The translations under genes were made by a program, and so were the position numbers. 64,000 nucleotides of DNA from a virus: IMG/VR virus record IMGVR_UViG_3300032050_000122. One strand, 5' to 3'. Every line of letters begins with the position of its first letter. The stretch's first letter is position 1. Positions 14,690 through 24,194 of the stretch are shown here, one piece after another. Under the pieces are notes generated by a model. It did not search any database. It saw nothing but the letters and a program-made list of their open reading frames with translations, and was not told where the DNA came from.

Positions 14690-15214
14690 TCATCTCCCGG
14701 TTGGTCTGGGATCACCACAGTGTTCCCAGCGTTCGATTCGTTCTCCATTCACTTCTTCAACCACAAGATATTCGAAGAAGTAGGAGAACTGTCCTGGTCC
14801 TTCGGTTTTGATACCGTAGGTTTTGTGACGCAAGTCGAGAAGATTCTTACCCTGCCAAACCGTTTTGATCTTCGGTTTCGGATCGAATCGACTCGACGGT
14901 TCATAGCCTTCACGCATCTGCAATCGATACGTGTGCATCAAGCTTTGAAGCTCTTCGGCTTGGCGCTTTGTTTCGGCCTTGGCCCACAATCGGGCTTTCG
15001 GTCCCTTTGCCATCTCTTCGATGGCGATGACGATTACCTCGTCACCGACTTTTGGTTCTTCCCGCCAGTCACCATTGTGGTAAATCTTATTGTCGAGATC
15101 ACAATAAAACTCACGTTGTTGACTGTTGTGGAAGAAAATGTTTCGCGGGCTTTCAGGACTCTGAATGAATCCGAACTTCCCCTTCTTGTCGTAATGACAA
15201 ACGGTGCCTGTCAT
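14690..15214 (-). CDS. cold-shock-domain-containing protein
   Basis: Start at MTGTVCHYDKKGKFGFIQ (CSD RNP-like motif) with RBS GAGGA; 174 aa. Confidence 0.5.
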   Translation of the reverse strand: MTGTVCHYDKKGKFGFIQSPESPRNIFFHNSQQREFYCDLDNKIYHNGDWREEPKVGDEVIVIAIEEMAKGPKARLWAKAETKRQAEELQSLMHTYRLQMREGYEPSSRFDPKPKIKTVWQGKNLLDLRHKTYGIKTEGPGQFSYFFEYLVVEEVNGERIERWEHCGDPRPTGR

Positions 15215-15701
15215 AGTCGTCCTCAATTTTGAAGTAGGTCTTGAAAATCGACCCCTTGCTTTCCAAGAGTTCAGCCAGTTCATTTTCCTCGATGCAACGG
15301 CGAATCTCTGACGCCTTCGTCTTGAGATACGCCTCGTAATCCTTGACAAACTCTGGCCGATTCTGCTTTGTCAACTTGAACTTGAACAAATGAAAGAGTT
15401 CGAGAACTGTCGAAGACTTCATTCGTTCGTAGTAAGGGAACAAAGGATTCTCTCTTGGCAAGCTCTGTGCCCAAGGGCCACAGTTGTCAAGGACTTCCAT
15501 ATCGAGCGTTGCACACCCCGTCGATTCCATTCGAAACCTGACCAATGCCGCGTGAACCCGTTTTAAGGACTCACGTTTCTCTTTGATGCAAAGAAGTTCA
15601 AAAAGAACTCGATCGCGATTCTTACCGCAAACTTTGCAAGGTACAGACGTTGACTTGTTGTTGCACTTCTTGCAAATCGGCAGGTCTTTAATCCTTGTCA
15701 T
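15153..15701 (-). CDS. hypothetical protein (N-terminal zinc ribbon)
   Basis: 182 aa; CKKC...CKVC near the N-terminus. Confidence 0.4.
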   Translation of the reverse strand: MTRIKDLPICKKCNNKSTSVPCKVCGKNRDRVLFELLCIKEKRESLKRVHAALVRFRMESTGCATLDMEVLDNCGPWAQSLPRENPLFPYYERMKSSTVLELFHLFKFKLTKQNRPEFVKDYEAYLKTKASEIRRCIEENELAELLESKGSIFKTYFKIEDDYDRHRLSLRQEGEVRIHSES

Positions 15702-16234
15702 GGTTTCCTCGATTTAAGCGTAGATTTACTTACAGCGCAGAATGGTTCTGCACAAAGGGGCCGAATCATTTTTCATTTAGGATTTGGTCACTTAGAGAAG
15801 TGACATCCTTAGCTCTTGTCCTAAGAGCCATGATCCAAAACATCCCGCTTTGTCATCGGACGTTGCTAAGCAACTTCTTCGCAGAGCCAATCAGGTCGGA
15901 TAGTGTGGATGTCGTTACAGCGGGCTTCCGTCTCGCTAATCTTCTCGAAGATAGACGAGCCAGGTATGGCCGCTTTCATCACACTGTTGACCATTTGAAA
16001 TTTTTGGCCAATCTTGAACTCACTGAACGGTTTTTGCAATCGCCTACGAGCCGGTGAATCCATTGATCCTCTCCCCCAGGATGCCTGAGTATTGACTCAT
16101 GGCGATATGCTGGCGAACCAGCTGATCGCGTTCGAGTTCGGACAGCTTGTCGTATTGGCTGCCCATCATGTAGCGGTGCAGCATTTCGATTCGCAAGTCC
16201 AGTTCACGTTTTTCTTCAACGAGCGTTTCCATAA

Positions 16235-17206
16235 TCAGTAGCTCCTGCAAATGGCGTCAAATTCCTCGTCACGCATTCCCATCGACTGTTGGTCGAGAGT
16301 CTTGCAGCGGGCTTGCGATTGCTCAAGGGTCATGTTGCGGAAGATATGGTCACTGTGGACAATATCCCAAATCTCTTGAGCCAGAGCAAACGTATGCCAC
16401 TGGAAGGTCTCACTGATTCGCAGCCGATGTTCGGCAATCCGAATGCTCGGTTTGATGCCACCCGGCTTGCAAACCAGTTGGTCAATCGCGGTGATGAAAT
16501 CGCTGCCGACTTCGTTACCGCACAACCAACCGTAAATTGCAAGCTGAACAGCCCAACTCTCGTTGAGTTCTTCGAGACGTTGGTCACGGTTAATCATCAT
16601 TCCATGATGCATGGCTGGGATGCAGTTCTTGTGTGGGCCAGTGAAATCGGCACCACGAATCCGCAAGTAACCCGGCATCGGACTGATTCCCGACTTGCTA
16701 CAGTAGCCATTCACCTTGAAGTCCAAGGTGACATTGATTCCGCTTTTGTGGTTGAAGGACACGTCCGGTTTACCCAAGAACGTGACCCCTGACACACTCT
16801 TCGTGACGCCTTCTTTTTGTCCATTGACCACGCCACGAACTTCGATTTCAAAACGCGGTGTACCAACCGCTTGTTCCAAATCCGACATTAGGTCAGCCAA
16901 CGCACCTGAGTGCTTGTAGCAATCGAAAGCGTGACGACCGTTGTCCCATGCCCAGTCCCAATGGTGTCGTTCGACCTGAGCTTCAAAGAGCGTTCTCAAA
17001 TCGAAACGAGGGTCATTGCCTTTACCGAACAACGCTTCGTGCATCCAACTCTTCACGTAAGCATCGAAGGCGGACCCGATCGACATTGGCTGAGTTTGCT
17101 TGTCTCGTGTTGGACGATTCTCAGACAGGTATCTGAGGTAATAGTCCTCGGCGTTCTGCTTGAATGCTGCGATGCTCGTCGGGCTGAGGTACTCAAGTTT
17201 CCTCAT
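16235..17206 (-). CDS. putative PD-(D/E)xK-type nuclease
   Basis: 323 aa; candidate catalytic GKPDVSF ... LDFKVNGYC (D...D/ExK). Confidence 0.4.
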   Translation of the reverse strand: MRKLEYLSPTSIAAFKQNAEDYYLRYLSENRPTRDKQTQPMSIGSAFDAYVKSWMHEALFGKGNDPRFDLRTLFEAQVERHHWDWAWDNGRHAFDCYKHSGALADLMSDLEQAVGTPRFEIEVRGVVNGQKEGVTKSVSGVTFLGKPDVSFNHKSGINVTLDFKVNGYCSKSGISPMPGYLRIRGADFTGPHKNCIPAMHHGMMINRDQRLEELNESWAVQLAIYGWLCGNEVGSDFITAIDQLVCKPGGIKPSIRIAEHRLRISETFQWHTFALAQEIWDIVHSDHIFRNMTLEQSQARCKTLDQQSMGMRDEEFDAICRSY

Positions 17207-17840
17207 TGTTGCTCCTTAGGAATCGGTTCTTGATGACATCGAAGATACGGCTTGCAGTCACGTAGTGTATACCCGTCTTTTCCTGAATTTCCCTAAAGGT
17301 ATAACCCTGACACTTCAAGTCGAAAATCTTTCGTTCCTCTTCCGTCAAAACAGCAAGCTGAATCTCTTCATCAAGAATCATCTTACGGAGCGGACTCATC
17401 TCTCTGCCAGCCACTTCCCGGTTGGGCAGAATCTTTTTGTCTTCTTGTCCAATCACATACCTCGCATGGGTTGATAGCGGAATCAACCGATCTCGATGTA
17501 TGAACCGACCACACGCTTCGTGCATCCGGTAGGATACAAACTTTCCAAAAGAATCAGTTTTCATTTTTTCAACGTCGTGACAGGCTTTAACCAAAGCAAG
17601 AGCAGCTTCACTTACAAGGTCTTTCGATTTCTTTGGTTCTAAAGCTCCGTAGCATCCAGCGATGTACACGACCAGTTTCAAGTGTCCTGTTACAATCTCT
17701 TCGATGACACTCTTATCCCCAGCCTTGAGCTTGACTACCAGTTCGTCTAATCGTTCCTTGGTAATCTTAGGCGAAGGAACTTTGCTGAATGGATAACGAA
17801 TCGAACACGGCCTTGTCTTCTTACCAAGTAGGAACATCAA
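17193..17840 (-). CDS. sigma-70 family sigma factor (phage-encoded)
   Basis: 215 aa; region-2-like DLVSEAALALVKACHDV and C-terminal region-4 HTH YTFREIQEKTGIHYVTASRIF. Confidence 0.6.
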   Translation of the reverse strand: MMFLLGKKTRPCSIRYPFSKVPSPKITKERLDELVVKLKAGDKSVIEEIVTGHLKLVVYIAGCYGALEPKKSKDLVSEAALALVKACHDVEKMKTDSFGKFVSYRMHEACGRFIHRDRLIPLSTHARYVIGQEDKKILPNREVAGREMSPLRKMILDEEIQLAVLTEEERKIFDLKCQGYTFREIQEKTGIHYVTASRIFDVIKNRFLRSNNEET

Positions 17841-17923
17841 CCTCCTTCTTAGCGTTCCTTAGCTGGGCTTTCCGTAATCCGTTTAATTCCTATTCCTAAG
17901 TCTCCGATTCGGAATCTGGCAGG

Positions 17924-17946
17924 AATCAAATCGCCGATTTGATTCT
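17924..17946. promoter_or_regulatory. palindrome GAATCAAATC-gcc-GATTTGATTC (operator or parS-like), copy 3
   Basis: Perfect 10-bp inverted repeat; same half-sites as the palindromes at 37035 and 37318. Confidence 0.5.
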
Positions 17947-18208
17947 TGCGAGTTTCGCCTAGTTCACAAAAGGAACAGGGCGCGACCGTTTCGAGATGTC
18001 AACCGAACCGAACCGAATTAGACCATAAAACGGGCGCACTGTGCAAGAGGAATTGAGCAAGGAAAACGCATTTTCTGGGAAATTTTTGCGCAACCGTGCG
18101 CAACCTCTTTCGCGTTAACGTGTTACGTTCATTTCAAAAAGCAACGCGCTGCCCATGGCGCGAAAAATTACCTAAGAAGTTTCCCCTATAGGTAGTTTTC
18201 CAATGTAA

Positions 18209-18667
18209 TCAAATCGGTGGATAACTCCATTTCGATTTGATTCGGTAGTAAGTTTGGATTTGGAAATCGTCTAACGTCGTTAGACGCCCACCACTCGGAT
18301 CCAAAACCTTACCGTTCACCCATGCAATCGCATGACGCTGCCCATTGATTTCGCCAGTCAAGACACCATTGCTACCGTCAAGAATTTTTTCAAACGGTAG
18401 ATGAATCTCAACAGGCCCACCTATGCCACCGGGACTCTCAAGCATGGCAATCGGTTCGTATGTCGTGGTCACGAATCCTAACCTATCCCCAAGGTAGATT
18501 AACTCTTGAGGGTGGAAACCTCTGCGACAGTTTGGTTCAGTAAGATTCGGCCAGCGTATCTCGCTACCATCATGGCCAATGGCTTTGATGACAGACCAAG
18601 TAGGCCAGCCGATAACATAGGACCAAGCTGTTGGCAGACAGGACCAGCGATTGGGTTGGTAGGTCAT
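18209..18667 (-). CDS. hypothetical protein (possible Cys/His peptidase)
   Basis: 152 aa with candidate Cys (CLPTAW) and His (GQRHAIAWVNG) motifs; weak. Confidence 0.35.
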   Translation of the reverse strand: MTYQPNRWSCLPTAWSYVIGWPTWSVIKAIGHDGSEIRWPNLTEPNCRRGFHPQELIYLGDRLGFVTTTYEPIAMLESPGGIGGPVEIHLPFEKILDGSNGVLTGEINGQRHAIAWVNGKVLDPSGGRLTTLDDFQIQTYYRIKSKWSYPPI

Positions 18668-18939
18668 TTCTGCTCACACATGACTGTGCCGGGCGGTGGC
18701 GGTGTTGGGGTAATCACTTGAGGTTGTGGAGTCTTAATGCCACAACGAATCTTTGAACCACGGTTGATGTCTTCGAGAATCTTGTACGCTGGGTCTTGTT
18801 CCCAATAGAACACAATGATATCTCGGTCTGTGCTGATAACGCTGATGATTCTCTTTGGACCGAGTTCACTCAGGAAGTCAGCCGCTTTCAAATGAGAAAC
18901 ACCGCTGGTTAAGCTGAACGATTTTGTCAGTGCTGTCAT
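18664..18939 (-). CDS. hypothetical protein
   Basis: 91 aa ORF. Confidence 0.35.
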   Translation of the reverse strand: MTALTKSFSLTSGVSHLKAADFLSELGPKRIISVISTDRDIIVFYWEQDPAYKILEDINRGSKIRCGIKTPQPQVITPTPPPPGTVMCEQK

Positions 18940-18978
18940 CGGCGTTTGTCCTTGTGTTTGTCGGAACGAGGACGGCGT

Positions 18979-19488
18979 CTACGATTTTCGCCGTCGTGAG
19001 CGGGGCATCTTGCGCACTTGCCGCTTTTTGGTGCCCGGTGCCCGTACACCTTTTCTTTTCTTGCCATAGGTTCCCCAAATCTTCTCGTTGATTTCCTGAT
19101 AGGTTTCAGGTGGGATAGGCTTACCACCCATAACCATTCTTGTGTTCAGAATCCCAAACGGGTGACCCTTGACCCATGACCCACCGTTAAAGACAAGTAG
19201 AGTCGGTGGCCATCCATACGCGATTACAACGGGTTGGCGTGTGGCTCTGTGCAACTCTTCACACAGAAGCATCTCACCATTCGTGGGGTGTGGACCTTTA
19301 ATCTCGATCCAGGTGTTCCACCCAGGGAGATAGAAGTCCGGTAAGTATGAACCAGAAGGTAAAGGGAACCTTCGTGATTCATAGGTCCAAGGAACATCAA
19401 ACATGTTGAACAACATGCAGTATTTGGCCTCAGTCCGAGAACGAAACTGAACGCCACAATACAATGTTGGTTTTGCTTTTATTGGCAT
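18979..19488 (-). CDS. PD-(D/E)xK nuclease-like protein with basic C-terminal tail
   Basis: FRSRTEAKYCMLF ... YLPDFYL ... WIEIKG matches the E...PD...(E/D)xK restriction-endonuclease-fold core. Confidence 0.45.
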   Translation of the reverse strand: MPIKAKPTLYCGVQFRSRTEAKYCMLFNMFDVPWTYESRRFPLPSGSYLPDFYLPGWNTWIEIKGPHPTNGEMLLCEELHRATRQPVVIAYGWPPTLLVFNGGSWVKGHPFGILNTRMVMGGKPIPPETYQEINEKIWGTYGKKRKGVRAPGTKKRQVRKMPRSRRRKS

Positions 19489-19700
19489 GTGTGCAACCCG
19501 CAGTCATCACAGGCTTCATGGTAATCAGAACCGCCACCATAGTCATGGTGCGTCCATGATCGTTTGTTTGGATGGTCACAAACTGATTGCAAGAATGCGA
19601 GTTCTGCTTTCAGAATCTCTGCATCCTTTTTCAAAAGCTTCTCTCGAAGCTTTAGCTCGGCGAGCTTGGTTCGGATATTGTCAATGCTCCAGTCGGACAT
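19479..19700 (-). CDS. hypothetical protein
   Basis: 73 aa ORF; overlaps neighbours in other frames. Confidence 0.3.
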   Translation of the reverse strand: MSDWSIDNIRTKLAELKLREKLLKKDAEILKAELAFLQSVCDHPNKRSWTHHDYGGGSDYHEACDDCGLHTCQ

Positions 19701-19870
19701 TGTGACACCTGGTCCTTAATCTCTTGAGCCGTGGCACCTTGGATGTTGACCCAAGGTCTCTTTGACAGATCAAAGACACTTGACAACTGCAAACAGTTGC
19801 CACCGTGTTCACACTTGTCGCTGTCCCAATGAACAGTCAACTCTTCTCGTTTGTAATCACGCTTTGCCAT
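19652..19870 (-). CDS. divergent 4Fe-4S mono-cluster protein (Fer4_19-like)
   Basis: 72 aa with WDSDKCEHGGNC ... QCPTGAL. Confidence 0.5.
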   Translation of the reverse strand: MAKRDYKREELTVHWDSDKCEHGGNCLQLSSVFDLSKRPWVNIQGATAQEIKDQVSQCPTGALTISEPSSPS

Positions 19871-19944
19871 GATACACCTTGTATGGCGGTCCCCAGGCCA
19901 TTCTCCCTCGCACGGGAGAATTTGTGCGAAGACCCAGGGACCAT

Positions 19945-20015
19945 TAGACTCAGAAGGATTCGAACCCTCTCTAACGGGTCCAACGCCCGTTGTGCTACCG
20001 TTACACTATGAGTCA
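19945..20015 (-). tRNA. tRNA-Gln (anticodon TTG), noncanonical G33
   Basis: D-arm GUGU-AACGGUA-GCAC, anticodon arm ACGGG-CGUUGGA-CCCGU, T-arm GAGGG-UUCGAAU-CCUUC, acceptor GACUCA/UGAGUC with U1-U72 mispair. Confidence 0.5.
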
Positions 20016-20101
20016 ACGTACCCGCTTGGGTGGTCTGCTCTGCGTTCGCAGTCGTTCCACGCACCCTAGACGCTACGGCACTCTGCCAAGCGGGCTTACA
20101 A

Positions 20102-20365
20102 TCACTTCTTGATCAGAGCCAGGATGGCATTGATCACGGTTTGCAAATCCAACTTCTGGCCAGAGAACAGACTGAGAACAAGCGGCAAGAGAACCGCCAA
20201 AATCGTCACCAATCCGACGCCCTGAGCTTGTGCCTGCTTGACGGCTTCACTGAGCTTTGTCTCGGCGTCGCGACCGTACTGGTACGCAACGCTCTTCAAA
20301 AGCATTCGCAGCGTTCCCTGTTGATTTGCACCGACGACACCTGCAAGGTGTTGAGCTTCGATCAT
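20102..20365 (-). CDS. small membrane protein
   Basis: 87 aa with a hydrophobic segment (VGLVTILAVLLPLVLSLF). Confidence 0.4.
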   Translation of the reverse strand: MIEAQHLAGVVGANQQGTLRMLLKSVAYQYGRDAETKLSEAVKQAQAQGVGLVTILAVLLPLVLSLFSGQKLDLQTVINAILALIKK

Positions 20366-21525
20366 TTATCCTTCTCCAAGTAAGTTGCTCCGACACACTT
20401 GAGACACAAGCGTCCCAAGTGAATGTCAGTGCGTTCAACAATCGGTTTGACCACGCAGCCCTCACGATAGTGCTGTGCAATCAAAGATTGACCGTCGCTC
20501 AAGTTCACAACCAGATCGAAGCTGTAATCGTGAACGCCAAGGAATGGCACCCACGGTACATCCGGTGCCGCGTCGCGAGCTTCTTGAGCATTCAGCCAGC
20601 GGCCGTCGTCAAGAATGTCGAACACAGCAATCGAGACTGGCTTGTCTTGAGTGTGGCCGTACTTCAAGGTCTGCACGTTGCCGTAGACTTCACCGTACAA
20701 AATCTTTCCCGGATTATCACGGCACCACTTCTCAATTTCCGGTTCATGGCTCAACGCCGTCCACCACATGTTCCGCGACTTTGTCGGAGAATGTAGGCGA
20801 TCGAAAATCTGTTGACAGCGTTCTTCATCAGGGATGTTTGTGTCCTTGTTCAGAACACGTTCCCGCAACCAATTCATTGTGATATGGTCATAGGTCGGGA
20901 ACTCTTTCTTCCACTCGGTCCGAGAACCACAGTGCATCACACCGTCTTGATAGACGTACCGTGCGTTAGCTCCGTGAATCTTCTCGGTGATCCAAACCTT
21001 CTCGCCAGGAATCAACAAGTGATGATACTTGCGGAAGGCATCGAGATCGTACTTCGGACTGTTGAGGCTTGGAGCCTTGGCAACTTCACCGCCAAGAATC
21101 AAGCCGTTTGCTGCTCGCTGCTCACCTGGCATCGGCGGTTCGTAGTGAGTGACGCCCAACTGCTGAGCAACGTCTTGACCCAAGACGCTACCTTCCGGTG
21201 CCGGAATCATCAGACCAAACGAAACAACACCACGCAGCTTCATAGCCTTGACGCGGTGTGTACCATCAGCCTTGGCTTTTGGCATGAGGAAGTCGAACTC
21301 TTTCCGGTTTGTGTCCACCACCGAATCAGGCGGAAGATACGCACCAAGAGCGACACCTTGCCAGTCTTGGGTTCGGACGATACAGGTGTATCCGCCGAAG
21401 ACTCGAACGATACTGAGCGAATCAGCGTTTGGGTGCTTGGTCAATTCGATTGGCACAATCTCCACCTGATGTGTGCTATTTGACATGGTGCTTACCTCGT
21501 TTGTTGAGTTCCCTGATTTCATCAT
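20362..21525 (-). CDS. ATP-dependent RNA ligase (Rnl2/Rnl5-DraRnl type, KxHG)
   Basis: 387 aa; nucleotidyltransferase motif I ITEKIHGANARYVY (KIHG as in T4 Rnl2) preceded by an N-terminal OB-like domain. Confidence 0.65.
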   Translation of the reverse strand: MMKSGNSTNEVSTMSNSTHQVEIVPIELTKHPNADSLSIVRVFGGYTCIVRTQDWQGVALGAYLPPDSVVDTNRKEFDFLMPKAKADGTHRVKAMKLRGVVSFGLMIPAPEGSVLGQDVAQQLGVTHYEPPMPGEQRAANGLILGGEVAKAPSLNSPKYDLDAFRKYHHLLIPGEKVWITEKIHGANARYVYQDGVMHCGSRTEWKKEFPTYDHITMNWLRERVLNKDTNIPDEERCQQIFDRLHSPTKSRNMWWTALSHEPEIEKWCRDNPGKILYGEVYGNVQTLKYGHTQDKPVSIAVFDILDDGRWLNAQEARDAAPDVPWVPFLGVHDYSFDLVVNLSDGQSLIAQHYREGCVVKPIVERTDIHLGRLCLKCVGATYLEKDK

Positions 21526-21919
21526 GAAGGATATGAAACTTGATTATAGTTTCATCGCTTTGTGGTTTGCCACCTTTGAGTCTAGGAATATCCCAGTAAG
21601 CAAGTAGTATCTCTGCTTGTCTTTTCTTCGTGAAAAGAAAAGGCAGAAGAAGTTTGCAGACATAAATTGCATCATCACTTGACACAAACCATGTAATGTA
21701 ATCGCTACCATTAACATTGTTTGATGTCCTGGGATCAGAGACAGCACCTATTCCTAAAATTTGACGCACTCGCCGGACAGTGGCGAAATGCGTCATGTCG
21801 ATTTTAACCTTAGGTGTAAAACTAGGGTTAATTGAAGTCTTCGATTTGTTGAGTAGCAAATCAACATTTGCTTCGCCATCAACGATACCGGCTGTCCAAC
21901 TTAAAAGACTACTATCCAT
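21476..21919 (-). mobile_element. free-standing LAGLIDADG homing endonuclease
   Basis: 147 aa with WTAGIVDGEANV; overlaps both flanking genes. Confidence 0.65.
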
Positions 21920-24185
21920 GACGAACTACGCATTGTGGACCTTCGCAATAGCGTTCATCAATCCCATCGCTACCACGAAGCTTGGACCAATCGATGGGCT
22001 TGATGCTGAGCAAACGATGCTTGTACTCATCCTCAGTAATCCCTTCTTCGGGCATTTGTGCATACACACCTTTTGGAGTGATTGGCAACATTGCCACGCT
22101 CTTCGTCAAAGGAGCGATACTACTGAGAACAGGTTCAATGTCTTCTTCCTCATGGTTCTCGTCGTACTCGTAGATTTTCACTTCGACGTTCTCAGAGAAC
22201 TCGAACGTGGCTTTGAACTCACGGAACGAGTTAATGCTGGGAAGCTTCTTGTTGAAAACCTCAATACGTTCAGCAAGACTCATGTACTGGTCGAGTACCG
22301 AATCGGCTTGTAAGAACGCTTGGACCGTTGGCCACAGATGATATTTCAGATTCCACTTGGGTCTGAAATTCAACGTGTTGCTCACAGCGTTGTCCGACCA
22401 TTCTCGTTGTAACAAGCACAACATGCTTGCCTGTTCCCACAAGCTGACTCGTTTGAAACCAGTCTTGTGTACCGGGAACTCAAATACAACCGTGCCCTTC
22501 GGATCAAAGATTTCCGGTTCGTTCGGCACACCTGCATCAACCAGGATTTGGTAGACCGGTGAGTTACGCGACAACCGGACTCGACGAATCATGAACTCGA
22601 AATTCGGACGATTGAACCCTGCATTCTGTCCAGGGAGATTCGGTGTCGTGCCGCCGGGCTTGATGGTCGTGTGCCGGATCGGATCAGGAATGCCTGCTTC
22701 CGAATTGCACCAGTGCGACACATTACGAGTCTTCTCGTAACCCTGACGCAGGTTCTTAATCAGCTTGTGAGTGCCGATCTTGTCCGACCATTCAGCGACG
22801 TTGATGATGCTGGCACCAATACGACGATTCCGGTACATAACCGAATTCGTTTCAGGCCGATGCGTCGGCAACAGTGTTACCGTTGTGGCATACACAGTTG
22901 CATACTCAACAGCCTTGAGCCATGCTTCGTCACTGTGACATCGCATGGGAACCGTTTCAACGAGTGTGCAAAGCTCTTTATCTTCGAGAGGTTGTTCGCC
23001 ACAAGGATTAAAAGCAATCGCTCTGTCCAACCTCAAGCCATCCATCGACTTACCAATACGACCGAATGGCAAGTTAACCTTATTGATGTATCCAGGCTCG
23101 CCATTGAGAATCACCCTTTTTGCGATTTCACCAAGACGCTCGAAGTCTTCACTGGTTTCCAGGAACACCGAATTGTTCGACATGTAGCCCCAGTCCTTAC
23201 GGTAGGGATACTTGTCGTACTGTTTCAGGTCCATCACTTCGTCGATTGTTCCTGCACAGAGTTCGGCTGATCGTCGGACATTGCCCGCCACCACGCAACA
23301 GCCAGTACAATTGGCGAGGTCAGTCTTAAGAAGAACCGAGTCATACCATTCCTCACAAGCGTACTGTTCCATCAGCATTTCAATGCGTTGATGAAACTTG
23401 ATCAGAGGAGCCGGACCAGAACAGACGCCACCGAATCCACGAATCGGGGCACCCTCTTCACGAATCTCGTCGTAGATGAATCTCGGTTTCGGGGAACCTT
23501 TTTCCCGAAAACTTGTAATCAGGGCTTTGGTGGAATCGCACCAACCTTCACGACTGTCAGGGATGACATAGTCGTAAGTTCCCTTCGGATTGTAGACCGT
23601 CAATTCATCTTGACGTTCTGGTAGGAATCCTACACCGACGCCGCACATGAGCATGTCCATCATCCAATGGATATCATTCTCAAGTGTCTCACCGATGATT
23701 GTGAATCCACAATTTTGCAGAGCAGCCGAACCACGTTCGTAAACGAAGTCCGAACCCATCGCCCAAAGTCCGCGACCGGGAGGTAGCCATTCCATCTTGT
23801 ACATCGACACCGCGAAGTGGCGTGCGTACACCTGCCAGAATGATTCGTCCCACGGAATATGGTTCTTAATGTACCAATCCTTGCGAATCGAAAACGTTCC
23901 TTGAGTCGCACGGATGATTGTATCGGGCCACCACTCTTGACAAGTCTCTAAAGGGTCTACAAAATCATGTACAAGAATTTGTCCCTTTTGACATGAACCA
24001 CAATACTCTCTCCCAGTCTTGAGATCAAGTTTGATTGACGGTTGCCGGCAATTTTTGCAGATGTTTCGCGAGTATGTCCTGAAATACAGGAACTCTCCGA
24101 AACCATTGTAGCCAAAGTCTGGAGTCATACTCCTAATCTCTTCAAGCGTAGACTCGACTAACTTGAATCGTTCTTTTACAAACAC
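21912..24185 (-). CDS. nrdJ: class II (B12-dependent) ribonucleotide reductase, NrdJ-like
   Basis: 757 aa with the active-site motif NPCGEQ and large RNR-like size. Confidence 0.7.
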   Translation of the reverse strand: MFVKERFKLVESTLEEIRSMTPDFGYNGFGEFLYFRTYSRNICKNCRQPSIKLDLKTGREYCGSCQKGQILVHDFVDPLETCQEWWPDTIIRATQGTFSIRKDWYIKNHIPWDESFWQVYARHFAVSMYKMEWLPPGRGLWAMGSDFVYERGSAALQNCGFTIIGETLENDIHWMMDMLMCGVGVGFLPERQDELTVYNPKGTYDYVIPDSREGWCDSTKALITSFREKGSPKPRFIYDEIREEGAPIRGFGGVCSGPAPLIKFHQRIEMLMEQYACEEWYDSVLLKTDLANCTGCCVVAGNVRRSAELCAGTIDEVMDLKQYDKYPYRKDWGYMSNNSVFLETSEDFERLGEIAKRVILNGEPGYINKVNLPFGRIGKSMDGLRLDRAIAFNPCGEQPLEDKELCTLVETVPMRCHSDEAWLKAVEYATVYATTVTLLPTHRPETNSVMYRNRRIGASIINVAEWSDKIGTHKLIKNLRQGYEKTRNVSHWCNSEAGIPDPIRHTTIKPGGTTPNLPGQNAGFNRPNFEFMIRRVRLSRNSPVYQILVDAGVPNEPEIFDPKGTVVFEFPVHKTGFKRVSLWEQASMLCLLQREWSDNAVSNTLNFRPKWNLKYHLWPTVQAFLQADSVLDQYMSLAERIEVFNKKLPSINSFREFKATFEFSENVEVKIYEYDENHEEEDIEPVLSSIAPLTKSVAMLPITPKGVYAQMPEEGITEDEYKHRLLSIKPIDWSKLRGSDGIDERYCEGPQCVVRHG

Positions 24186-24194
24186 AGATGACCC

